The position numbers and the translations under genes were made by a program. Positions 1 through 9,035 of a stretch of 64,000 nucleotides of DNA are shown here, one piece after another. Numbering within the stretch: the first letter of the stretch is position 1; each line of letters begins with the position of its first letter. Under the pieces are notes generated by a model. The model worked only from the letters and a program-made list of their open reading frames with translations. It was not told where the DNA came from and searched no databases. Source of the stretch: Planctomycetota bacterium (GTDB taxonomy: Bacteria; Planctomycetota; UBA1135; UBA2386). The DNA lies in contig JADJWQ010000006.1 of NCBI GenBank assembly GCA_016716265.1, positions 2,595,166 to 2,659,165 on the forward strand, written 5' to 3'.

Positions 1-184
1 GCAGGGATCGACGCCCTCGGGATCACCCTGAACCAGGGGTCTCGGATCGGGACCGGTGGCCGGCCGCTGCCTGTCGAGAAACGCGACAGCCCGGGTGCCG
101 AAACCCGGCTGGGAATCGACCTTGGATCCACCGGGTCACCTGCGCTCCGGTCGTCGCCTCACCACCCGCCGGAGGACCACGACC

Positions 185-1447
185 ATGAGCCAACTGCCCC
201 GTCTGCTACACCGCCTCGCCCTCCTGACCACCGCCGCCGCCGCGCTCGCCAGCGCCGCCGCCGCCCAGTCCGGCCCGCTGATCGGCTTCGGTGCCGACCC
301 GCTCGGCGCCAACCCCGCGACGCTGCGCCAGGCGCTGTGCAATCCGGCGGCGACCGCGTGCCTCAACACGCTGCCCGCCCCCGCCGAGGCGTGGTCGGGC
401 GGCGCCGCGGTCGACCCGGTGCGCAACTCGCTGTGGCACTCGCAGGGCACCCGCCTGCTCGAGCTCGGCCTCGACACCTGCGCGACCGGCTGCGCGATGC
501 CCGCGGACCTCGTGCTCGGCCCGGTCTCGCGCGTCGGCGGCCTGACCTTCGATGCGACCGCCGGAACGCTGCTGCACGTCGAGTCGGTCCCGGGCATCGC
601 CGCGGTCGTCACCTACGGCTTCACGGCGACCGGCGGTTGCCCGACCCGCATCGGCGTGTGCCGGTTCCCGCTGCCGACCGCCGCGCACCACGCCGGAGCG
701 ATCGCGCTCGACCGCGCCGATGATCTGCTGTTCGTGGCGGCGTCCGACTTCGGCCCGGCCGGCCCGCAGAACCGCATCCTGGTCATCGACCGCAATGGCC
801 CGGGCTGCGATCCGATCTGCTACCTGCCGGCACTCGCGTGCAATCGCGGCACCCTGCAGGCGATCCGCGCGATGGCCTACGACGCCTGCGCGCGCCGCCT
901 CTACGTGTCGGACGGCCGGCAGACCGCCGTATTCGTCGTGCAGATGGGCTCGACGCGCTGCCCGACGCTGATCGCCGAGTCCTGCTGCCCCACCGCGGCG
1001 CCCGGCGGCCAGCTCTGGGCGGGCTTCGACCGCCTGCCGACCGCACCGCGCCAGCTCGGCGGCGGCTGCCTGCCACCGCGCGTCTGCCCGACCTGCCCGA
1101 CGGTGCCGCGCCTGACCGCGACCGGACTGCCGGTGCTCGGCAATGCCGGTTTCGGCTTCCGCATCGAGGATGCGCCGAACACTTCGACCGGCTTCGTGGT
1201 CGTCAACGTCGGTCCCTGCGGCAACGTCCCGTTCGGGTGCGGCACGCTGTTCGCGCAGCCGCCGGTGCTCGCGATCGGCCCGGCACCGATGCTCGGCGCC
1301 GCGTGCGGCGGCAGCGGCGCGTTCCCGCTCGCGCTGCCGGACAACGTCGCGCTCTGCAACCTGCTGCTGTGCGCGCAGGGTCTGGTCGTGTGCCAGGCCG
1401 GCGGGCTCGGCCTGACCAACGGGCTGGTCGTGCCGCTGAGCTACTGA
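185..1447 (+). CDS. secreted Cys-rich hypothetical protein with the shared C-terminal module
   Basis: ORF 56..1447. The internal ATG at 185 precedes a signal-peptide-like stretch MSQLPRLLHRLALLTTAAAALASAAAAQ. Composition is protein-like. The C-terminal 100 aa resemble the tails of other secreted proteins in the window. Confidence 0.55.
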   Translation: MSQLPRLLHRLALLTTAAAALASAAAAQSGPLIGFGADPLGANPATLRQALCNPAATACLNTLPAPAEAWSGGAAVDPVRNSLWHSQGTRLLELGLDTCATGCAMPADLVLGPVSRVGGLTFDATAGTLLHVESVPGIAAVVTYGFTATGGCPTRIGVCRFPLPTAAHHAGAIALDRADDLLFVAASDFGPAGPQNRILVIDRNGPGCDPICYLPALACNRGTLQAIRAMAYDACARRLYVSDGRQTAVFVVQMGSTRCPTLIAESCCPTAAPGGQLWAGFDRLPTAPRQLGGGCLPPRVCPTCPTVPRLTATGLPVLGNAGFGFRIEDAPNTSTGFVVVNVGPCGNVPFGCGTLFAQPPVLAIGPAPMLGAACGGSGAFPLALPDNVALCNLLLCAQGLVVCQAGGLGLTNGLVVPLSY

Positions 1448-1544
1448 CGCTCGACGCTCCCGAATCCGCGCGACGCTGTCCTGGGCGCCGGGCTTCTGCT
1501 TCGATCGGGAGCCGCCCCGGCGTGCACCGCCGCGAGATCCCACG

Positions 1545-2126
1545 ATGACGAAGCTCTGGATCGGCCTGCTGCTGTTCCTCCTGGCGATCGGCTCCTGCCT
1601 CGGCGCGCCGGTGCTCGGCCTGATCGAGAAGGGCCAGGAGGGTGTGCTCGCCGAGCTGGAGAAGGCGCTCCCGACGGTCGTCGCGACCCGGGCCGCCGAC
1701 TCGGCGGAGCCGTTCGAGCTCGGCGAGGCCGACTTCCACGGGGTCGGGATCGTCGCGCGCGATTCCGGCGGCGAGCACCCGACCGAGGGCGTGCCTCGCG
1801 ACGGCTTCGCGTTCGTCAACGACGCGGGCGGCCGGATCGAGGTCGTCGCCAGTGGCGACGGCTCGGCGTCCGGGACCCACGACGGCCTGAGCTACGAGCT
1901 GATCGGCCTCGCGCAGGTGAAGCCCGGCCGCTACCACCTCGACCACCCTGCGCTGCCGGACCAGGTGCAGCTCGTCGTGCTGCGCCTCGACATCCCGTCG
2001 CTGCTCGCGAACAGCATGATCGGCTTCGGCCTGTCGCTGCTGCTCGGGTTCGCCGGCGTGATCCTGGTGATCCTCGGCATCGCCGACGGCCGGCGGCGGC
2101 GGCGCGAGGAGCTCTACGAGGATTGA
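1545..2126 (+). CDS. hypothetical membrane/lipoprotein
   Basis: ORF with an N-terminal hydrophobic signal (MTKLWIGLLLFLLAIGSC) and a C-terminal TM helix. Composition is not Arg-rich. Convergent with the downstream lyase gene. Confidence 0.5.
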   Translation: MTKLWIGLLLFLLAIGSCLGAPVLGLIEKGQEGVLAELEKALPTVVATRAADSAEPFELGEADFHGVGIVARDSGGEHPTEGVPRDGFAFVNDAGGRIEVVASGDGSASGTHDGLSYELIGLAQVKPGRYHLDHPALPDQVQLVVLRLDIPSLLANSMIGFGLSLLLGFAGVILVILGIADGRRRRREELYED

Positions 2127-2127
2127 C

Positions 2128-3075
2128 TCACTCCGGCCCGCGCACCGACGCGCGCCGCGCCTCGTCGAGCCACTGGCGCACGCCGAGCGCATCGAGATCG
2201 CGGCGCAGCGCGTCGCGCTGCGCGGACGTCAGCGGTCGCAGCGGCGCGCGGACCGGACCGAGCTCGCAGCCGAGCATGCCGACCGTCGCCTTCGCGCTGC
2301 GCAGGTAGCCGTGCGCGACCAGCGCGTCGATCCACGCGATCGCACGCCGCTGCCAGCGCGCCGATTCCTCGTGCTCGCCACGCTCCTGTGCCGCGAGCGC
2401 GCAGCGGTACAACGGAGCCGCGAAGCCGTAGCTGCTGCCGACCGCGCCGCTGCAGCCGAGCGCCGCGGCCGCGAGCAGCGCCTCGTCGGTGCCGAACAGC
2501 ACGTCCTCGCCCGGCGCCGCCACGGCGAGGCAACGCTGCAGCTCGGCGAGGTCCGGGTTCGTGAACTTGACGCCGCCGAACGAGCGCAGGCGCTCGCGGC
2601 AGGCGACCATCACCTCGGCGGTCGGCAGCGCGACGCCGGTGAACGCCGGGATGTCGTAGTAGAGGAACGGCACGCGCGGCGCCGCCTCGGCGATCGCGGC
2701 GAGCCAGTCGACGAGCTCGTCGACGGTGCGGGGACGGAAGTAGCGGGGCGCGAGCGCGGCGATGCCGTCGGCACGGAGCTCGGCCGCGTGGGCCGCGAGC
2801 TGCCAGGCATCGCCCAGCGCATCGGCGCCGACGTGGATCCACAGCCCGAGGCCCTCGGCGCGGGCGGCCTTCGCCCACGCGGCGGCGAGGCGCTGCCGCT
2901 CGTCGCGGTCGAACGACGGCCCCTCGCCGGTGGTCCCCGCGACGAACACGCCGTCGACACCGAGCCCGCGCAGGAACCGCGCCTGCGCGGCGACGCGGTC
3001 CTCGGCCAGCGCGCCGTCGTCGCGGCAGGGCGTGTGCGGGGCGGCGATCAGCCGGAACGAAGCGCTCGGCACCAA
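2128..3075 (-). CDS. dihydrodipicolinate synthase / N-acetylneuraminate lyase family (class I aldolase) protein
   Basis: GTTGEG motif (VFVAGTTGEGPS), 315 aa, and the overall DapA/NAL pattern of a TIM-barrel aldolase. Confidence 0.8.
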   Translation of the reverse strand: MVPSASFRLIAAPHTPCRDDGALAEDRVAAQARFLRGLGVDGVFVAGTTGEGPSFDRDERQRLAAAWAKAARAEGLGLWIHVGADALGDAWQLAAHAAELRADGIAALAPRYFRPRTVDELVDWLAAIAEAAPRVPFLYYDIPAFTGVALPTAEVMVACRERLRSFGGVKFTNPDLAELQRCLAVAAPGEDVLFGTDEALLAAAALGCSGAVGSSYGFAAPLYRCALAAQERGEHEESARWQRRAIAWIDALVAHGYLRSAKATVGMLGCELGPVRAPLRPLTSAQRDALRRDLDALGVRQWLDEARRASVRGPE

Positions 3076-3383
3076 GGGTGTTCTCCTGCTGGGGAGCGCT
3101 CATGATCGGGTGCGCGTCGGCACTCGCAAGCTTCGGTACCCGAAAGGGCTGCGTCGGTCCGCGCGTGCCGGTTCGGGCGTCCCGGTCCGAGGAAACCGGC
3201 GCACGCCGGAACACCCGGGGCACCACGGCCGGCCGCATCCGTGGTAACAATGACGGATCAGGGAACCGGCGCCACCGCCCCCACGTTCCGATCGGCTCGC
3301 CGATCGGCGCGCGGAACTCTGGCTCCAGGGCCCCGTTGCCGGTCGCCTGCCCGACTCGAACCCGCAGCCCCTCTACGCTCGTC

Positions 3384-5363
3384 ATGCAACGCTACCTCGT
3401 TCCCGTCGCCGCAGCGCTGACCACGCTCGTGCTGAGTACCGGCGAAGCCCTCGCGCAGAGCCCCGCGACGCCACCGCACGTGTGGGTGTCGTCGAACGTC
3501 GACTCCGGCTACCTGCACAACCTCTCCAACCAGCCCGCGGTCGTGTTCAGCGAGCGCATCCGCTACGACCAGACGACCTGGCTGCAGCTGCAATTCGCGC
3601 CCGACGTCAGCCTGCCGGCCGGCTCGTTCCTGCGCATGACTGCAGCGCAGGACGGCGCGATCCAGCGCCACGACGCCCGTACGCTCATCGACTGGAGTCA
3701 CTACTCCGCCCGCTTCAACGGCAACGAGGTGCTGATCGAGCTCGTCGCCGGCCCGGGCACGCGCGGCAATCGCGTCGCCGTCGACCAGGTGGCGCGCGGT
3801 CTGGTGCTGGTGCCCCCGGAGAGCATCTGCGGCAACATCGACATGCGTGTCGCCAGCAACGATCCGCGTCAGGGTCGGCTGTTCATCGGCTGCACCGGCT
3901 GGATGGCGCACTACGAGATCATGCTGACGGCCGGCCACTGCATGAGCGCCGGCGGGCCGGACTTCATCGAGTTCAACGTGCCGCTGTCGACGTCGACGGG
4001 ACAGCCGGTCGCTTCGCACCCCGACGACCAGTATCCGTTCTCGCGCATCCAGTTCCTCGACGCCGGCATCGGTGCCGACTGGGCGGTGTGCCGCGTGCTG
4101 CCGAACAGCAATCACGGCATGCTCCCGACGGATCGCAACAACTTCCAATGGTACGCGCTCGGCCCGGTCCCCGGTGGCGCCGGCAGCAGCGTCATCCGCA
4201 TCACCGGCTACGGCACGACGACCGCGCCCGCGCCGGCCAACCTGAACCTCGCACAGAAGACCGGCATCGGCCCGCTGTCCGTCGTCGGCGTCGACTCGCT
4301 GTGCTACCAGACCGACTCGACCGGCGGCAATTCGGGCGGTCCGATCATCCTCGAGCAGACCGGTGAGTCGATCGGCATCCACACCCACGGCGGCTGCAAC
4401 ACGATCATCGGTTGCAATAGCGGCACGCGCATCGACCGCTCCGATCTCGCCGGCGTCGTCCGCAGCGTGACCTACCGGGCCGGCGCGTTCCAGACCTTCG
4501 GCCAGGGCTGCCAGGGCTCGGGCGTCTCGTTCAACGTCTGCGCCGGCCTCAACACGACCGGCGGCCCGCTGACGCAGCAGACCTCGCCGAACGAGTACGC
4601 CTACGAGTTCGACGCGACGAGCGCGGTGACGATGCTCGGCTTCCGGATCTACTCGTCGTCGTCGACCGGCCAGACCGAGACGGTCAACGCAGCGATCTAC
4701 GCTGCCGACATCCGCGGCAATCCGGTGACGACGCCGCTCGTCACGACGACGGTCGCCATCGGTGCGTCCGCCGGGTTCTACCAGGCGACGCTCGCGACGC
4801 CGCTCAGCCTCGCCGCCGGTCGCTACTTCCTCGCGATCGACCACACCGCGGGCACGACCTACGTCAGCAACATCACGTCGACGACGTTCGGCCGTGCGTT
4901 CCGCCGCCCGAACGCCTCGACCACCTGGTCGCTGTCGTCGCTCATCACGTCGCCGTCCTTCCAGATCCTCTGCACCGGCGGCACGCAGGGCGTCACGCCC
5001 GCGATCTCGGGCAGCGGCACGCCGGAGCTCGGTCAGACGTTCCGCGTCGTACTGAGCGGCGGCGCGCCGAACACGATCGCGACGAAGTTCACCGGCTTCT
5101 CGAACATGACCTGGGCGGCGGGCTCGCTGCCGTTCAACTTCGGCATCCTCGGCGCGCCGAACTGCAACCTGCTGGTCAGCACCGACGCCTACTTCAGCGT
5201 CGGCACCAATGCCGCCGGCGACGCGTCCGTGCCGTTCCTGGTCCCGAACATCTTCACGCTGGTGGGCCAGAAGCTCTACCACCAGTGGGTGATCGTCGAC
5301 CCGAGCGCGAACAACCTCGGCGCGTCGTTCTCGAACGCGCTCGAGACGACGCTCGGCGGCTGA
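3384..5363 (+). CDS. secreted trypsin-like (S1 family) serine protease with C-terminal extension
   Basis: ATG at 3384 precedes signal peptide MQRYLVPVAAALTTLVLSTGEALAQ. His active-site motif TAGHC and Ser motif GGNSGGPI are present. About 300 aa of C-terminal extension end in the shared secreted-protein tail module. Confidence 0.8.
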   Translation: MQRYLVPVAAALTTLVLSTGEALAQSPATPPHVWVSSNVDSGYLHNLSNQPAVVFSERIRYDQTTWLQLQFAPDVSLPAGSFLRMTAAQDGAIQRHDARTLIDWSHYSARFNGNEVLIELVAGPGTRGNRVAVDQVARGLVLVPPESICGNIDMRVASNDPRQGRLFIGCTGWMAHYEIMLTAGHCMSAGGPDFIEFNVPLSTSTGQPVASHPDDQYPFSRIQFLDAGIGADWAVCRVLPNSNHGMLPTDRNNFQWYALGPVPGGAGSSVIRITGYGTTTAPAPANLNLAQKTGIGPLSVVGVDSLCYQTDSTGGNSGGPIILEQTGESIGIHTHGGCNTIIGCNSGTRIDRSDLAGVVRSVTYRAGAFQTFGQGCQGSGVSFNVCAGLNTTGGPLTQQTSPNEYAYEFDATSAVTMLGFRIYSSSSTGQTETVNAAIYAADIRGNPVTTPLVTTTVAIGASAGFYQATLATPLSLAAGRYFLAIDHTAGTTYVSNITSTTFGRAFRRPNASTTWSLSSLITSPSFQILCTGGTQGVTPAISGSGTPELGQTFRVVLSGGAPNTIATKFTGFSNMTWAAGSLPFNFGILGAPNCNLLVSTDAYFSVGTNAAGDASVPFLVPNIFTLVGQKLYHQWVIVDPSANNLGASFSNALETTLGG

Positions 5364-5379
5364 GTCACCCGGTTCTCGG

Positions 5380-5415
5380 CCCGGGTGTGGCGGCTCGGGT
5401 GTGGCAGCCCGGGCG
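5380..5415. terminator. candidate bidirectional hairpin in convergent 3' intergenic region
   Basis: GCCCGGG ... CCCGGGC inverted repeat (7-bp stem, 22-nt loop) between the stop of the protease gene (5363) and the stop of the giant minus-strand gene (5423). No U-tract, but that is expected at this GC content. Confidence 0.2.
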
Positions 5416-5422
5416 TCGCGCG

Positions 5423-8400
5423 TCAGCGCGCGAACGCCGGGGCATTGGGATTGCCGCCCGACTCGAGCCAGGCCAGCAGGTCGAGCAGCGCGTCGAGCGG
5501 CAGCGCCGCGGTCAGTGCGATCGGCATCGGGGAGACCGGCGACGCCTGTCGCGAGACGATGTCGGTCAACGGCACCGTGCGGCGCTCGTCCTGGTAGCTG
5601 CCCTGCGCGATCTCGAGGCGTGACGCGTCCTCGCGCAGCACGCGCCCGACCACCGTGGTGCCGTCGCGCAACGTGAGCGTCGTGTAGCGGTAGACGTCCG
5701 GCACATCGGCCGACGGCTCGAGGATCGCGCGCAGCAGGTCGCCCCGCGCATAGCGGCTGCCGACCGCCGTCAGGTCGGGGCCGAGGTCGCCGCCGGCGCC
5801 GGCGAAGCGGTGGCACGCGACGCAGGCGCAGGTCTCGAACGCGCGCCGTCCCGCGGCGAAGTCACGGCCGCGACCGACCTCGGGCAATGCCGGCAGCAGC
5901 TCCGCCACCGTCCACAGGTGGGTGCCCGCCGCGCGCAGCGCGGTCAGGTCGGGGCGCACCGGCTCCGGTGCAGCGGCGAGCGCCCGCAGCTCGTCGCGGA
6001 GCTCCGCCGGAGCCCGCTCGAGCGCTGCGCTCTCGATCGCGTCGACGTAGCCGCGCAGGCTGAGGCCGCCCTCGAGCGCCTTGGCGCGGCCGAGCAACGC
6101 GAAGTAACGGCGGCGCGCGGGCTCCGACCAGCCGGTCTCGACGAGGCGCAGCGCGTGGGCCGGGTGCAGTGCGGCGGCGAGGTCCGCGGTCTCGGCCACG
6201 GCGAGCGCGCGGTCGACGACGTCCGGGGCGCCCAGCGCGACCAGCAGTTCGAGCAGCGTGCGGTCGGCGACGGCGTCGCCGGCGGGGTAGCGCGGGTCGA
6301 GCAGGTCGAGCAGCCGCGTGCGCAACGTGTCGTCGGGCGGCGCCGCGAGTCGCGCGAGTGCGACGGCCGTGGTGCGCAGCCGGTCGACGCCGAGCGTCCC
6401 GTCGCGCGCAACGAGCGCGCACAGGCGGTCGAGCACCGCGCGGCGGTCGGCGTCGTCGCCGACCCGGGCGAGCGCGAGCAGCGCGTGCGACGCGCGCGGC
6501 TCCGCGGTCTCCCCGAGCGCCCGCGCGCGCCAGACGGCGGGCGCCGCCCGCTCGAGCGCGACGCGCGCCGCGAACCGCACGAAGCGCTCCGGGCGCGCGA
6601 GCTCGCGCCACGCGGAGTCGACGTCGACGTCCGGGCGCTCGAGCGCACGGCGCGCGGCGAGCCCGGGGTCGTTCCACGCGCCGGGCAGGCCCGGCTCGGC
6701 GGCCGCTGTCCTGGTCATCCGGTACAGGCCCGACTGCGTGCCGCGCCCGCCGGTGACGAACCAGAGCGCACGCTCGTCGCCGCGGAACGCGAGGTCGGTC
6801 ACGTTGAGCGGCTTGCCGGTCGCGAGCGGCACGAAGCCGCGATCCGCGAAGCTGCCGCTGCCGTCCGGCACGAGCGGCACCGCCAGGATGCGACCGTACG
6901 CCCAATCCCCGAGCAGCACGGCTCGGCCGGGGAACGGCGCGAACCCGCGGTCGTCGAACAGCACGCCGGTCGGGGACGACAGCCCGACGTCGACGACCGG
7001 CGGCAGCGAGTCGCAATACGCGGTCGGCCATTTCGCCGCGCCGGTCCGCCAGCCGTACTCGCCGCCCGGCACGACGTGCACGACGCGCGTCGGCCGGTAC
7101 CACGGCAGGCCCAGGTCCCACTCCATGTCGGCGTCGAACGTGAACAGCTCGCCGTCCGGCGAGATGCCGACGTCGTACGCATTGCGGAAGCCGGCCGCGA
7201 CGAGCTGCGGTGCATCTGCGCCAGGAACCCAGCGGAGCAGGTGACCGCCCGGCGCGTGCACGCCATTGGCATGGCCTCGCGGGTCCTCGAGCGTCGGCAG
7301 CAGGACGTCCTCGGCGCCGTGGCGGAACGGCGAGTCCGCGGCGAACGTGCGCGGCCGGGCGGACATGTTCCCGTTCATCAGCCACAGCGCGCCGTCGGGG
7401 CCGGGCACGACCGCGTGCGCGCCATGCTCGCCGCCGCTGCCGAGCGCCAGGGCGAGCTCGCAGCGCTCGTAGCGCCCGTCGCCATCGGCGTCGGCGAGCC
7501 GGTACAGCCCGCGCCCATCGTCGCCGACCCCTTGCACCCACAGTGCACCATCCGCGAACGCGAAGCCCTGCGACTCGCGCGGCGTCCCGTCGAGCGGCTC
7601 GTAGCCGACGACGCTCGTCCCGGCGAGCCGCAGCCGCGCGAGCTGGCTGCGCTCGACGGAGACCAGGAGGTCGCCGCTCGGCTCGAAGCCCATCGCGATC
7701 AGGCTGCCCTCGCCCGGCTGCGCCGACCACACGAGCTCGACGGCGTAGCCCGCCGGGATCGTCAGCTGCTCGGCCGGCGTCGCCGTGCGCGGCGCGAGCG
7801 GATCGGGCCACGGCCCCGCCGGCGCCGCCGATGGTCCGAACGAGTGCGCCGGCCCCCACGCCGCCGCGTCGCCGGGCGGCTCGGCGCTCGCCTGCCAGGT
7901 CGAGTCGGTCACGAGCTCCAGCCGCGAGCCGTCGGCGCGCACGAAGCGGAGCCGCGCCAGCAATGCGGCCGGGCCGCCCTCGTTGCGCCCGGCGACGAGC
8001 AGCTGGTGGCGGCCGGGCGCGACCGGACGTCGCACGGTGCGGAGCACCGGCCGCTGCCAATCCTCGCCCCGCGCAAGCTCGTCGCCGTCGAGCGACAGCT
8101 CGAACCGGTTGTCGCAGGTCGCCACGATCTCGATCGCGACCGCGGCCGCCCCGTCGAGCTCGAAGTCCCGGCGCAGCCAGGCGCGCTCGCCATCGCGCGG
8201 CGACGCGTTCGACCAGATCCACTCCGGCGCCCCGCCGGATACGACCGGCGGTGCGGTGAGCGGCCGCACCGGGATCGCGAAGTCCGCCGGCAACGGCCGG
8301 TAGCGCAGGTCGCGATAGCGCACCTCCATCGGCGGCCCCTGGTGGAGCTGCAGCGCGATCGCGCCGCTGCGCAATGCGCCTGGGTGCTCGTCGACGACAT

Positions 8401-8962
8401 CGACGAACGTGTGCCCGTTGATCTCGTGCACGACGCGCGGGCCGACCGCCCACACGACGTAGTCGTTCCAGTCGCCGGGGCGCAGGGTCGCCTGCAGCGC
8501 GTCGGACGACCACCGCGCACCGCGCTCGGTGCGCTGACCGTCCGCCGCGATCGCGATCTGCTGGCCGCGCTGCGCGAGGATGCCGCGACCCTGCTCCTCG
8601 TAGAGGATCCCGGTGTAGCTCGCGCCGGCCTCGAGATCGGCCTGGTAGCCGCGCACGCGGAAGTCGCCGAGATCCGCGCTGCGGTACTGCACGCCCGAGT
8701 TCCCGCCGTCGATGCGGAACGAGAAGCGCAGCTCGAAGTCGGCGATCGTCACCCCGTCGCGCACGAGATAGGTGTTGCGGGTGCACGGCAGCGCGGCGGT
8801 CGAGCGGCCGACGATCGCACCGTCCTCGACCGACCAGTAGCGGGGATCGCCGTGCCAGCCGTCGAGCGAGCGGCCATCGAACAGCGGCACGAAGTCCACG
8901 GCGGGTTGCTGGGCGGGCGCCAGCGTGGCGAGGAACGCGAGGAGGGGCATCGACGCACGCAT
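5423..8962 (-). CDS. large DUF1080 / PVC-type membrane-bound dehydrogenase / HEAT-repeat / cytochrome c domain protein
   Basis: Signal peptide MRASMPLLAFLATLAPAQQ. N-terminal DUF1080-like region (LFDGRSLDGWHG...GNSGVQYRS). Central beta-propeller-like dehydrogenase region. C-terminal CxxCH (CVACHRFAGAGGDLGPDLTAVGSRY), typical of planctomycete giant dehydrogenase-cytochrome proteins. Confidence 0.85.
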   Translation of the reverse strand: MRASMPLLAFLATLAPAQQPAVDFVPLFDGRSLDGWHGDPRYWSVEDGAIVGRSTAALPCTRNTYLVRDGVTIADFELRFSFRIDGGNSGVQYRSADLGDFRVRGYQADLEAGASYTGILYEEQGRGILAQRGQQIAIAADGQRTERGARWSSDALQATLRPGDWNDYVVWAVGPRVVHEINGHTFVDVVDEHPGALRSGAIALQLHQGPPMEVRYRDLRYRPLPADFAIPVRPLTAPPVVSGGAPEWIWSNASPRDGERAWLRRDFELDGAAAVAIEIVATCDNRFELSLDGDELARGEDWQRPVLRTVRRPVAPGRHQLLVAGRNEGGPAALLARLRFVRADGSRLELVTDSTWQASAEPPGDAAAWGPAHSFGPSAAPAGPWPDPLAPRTATPAEQLTIPAGYAVELVWSAQPGEGSLIAMGFEPSGDLLVSVERSQLARLRLAGTSVVGYEPLDGTPRESQGFAFADGALWVQGVGDDGRGLYRLADADGDGRYERCELALALGSGGEHGAHAVVPGPDGALWLMNGNMSARPRTFAADSPFRHGAEDVLLPTLEDPRGHANGVHAPGGHLLRWVPGADAPQLVAAGFRNAYDVGISPDGELFTFDADMEWDLGLPWYRPTRVVHVVPGGEYGWRTGAAKWPTAYCDSLPPVVDVGLSSPTGVLFDDRGFAPFPGRAVLLGDWAYGRILAVPLVPDGSGSFADRGFVPLATGKPLNVTDLAFRGDERALWFVTGGRGTQSGLYRMTRTAAAEPGLPGAWNDPGLAARRALERPDVDVDSAWRELARPERFVRFAARVALERAAPAVWRARALGETAEPRASHALLALARVGDDADRRAVLDRLCALVARDGTLGVDRLRTTAVALARLAAPPDDTLRTRLLDLLDPRYPAGDAVADRTLLELLVALGAPDVVDRALAVAETADLAAALHPAHALRLVETGWSEPARRRYFALLGRAKALEGGLSLRGYVDAIESAALERAPAELRDELRALAAAPEPVRPDLTALRAAGTHLWTVAELLPALPEVGRGRDFAAGRRAFETCACVACHRFAGAGGDLGPDLTAVGSRYARGDLLRAILEPSADVPDVYRYTTLTLRDGTTVVGRVLREDASRLEIAQGSYQDERRTVPLTDIVSRQASPVSPMPIALTAALPLDALLDLLAWLESGGNPNAPAFAR

Positions 8963-9035
8963 GGCCGCGCACTCTACTGGCCCGGACCCGCGGAGCGCTG
9001 CGGCCCTCGGCCTCCGCAACGGAAGAAGAGGTCCG

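Noticed and set aside
206-1819. 537-aa minus-strand ORF antisense to the first gene
   Set aside because: Extreme Arg/Ala/Gly composition. The opposite strand encodes a signal-peptide protein.
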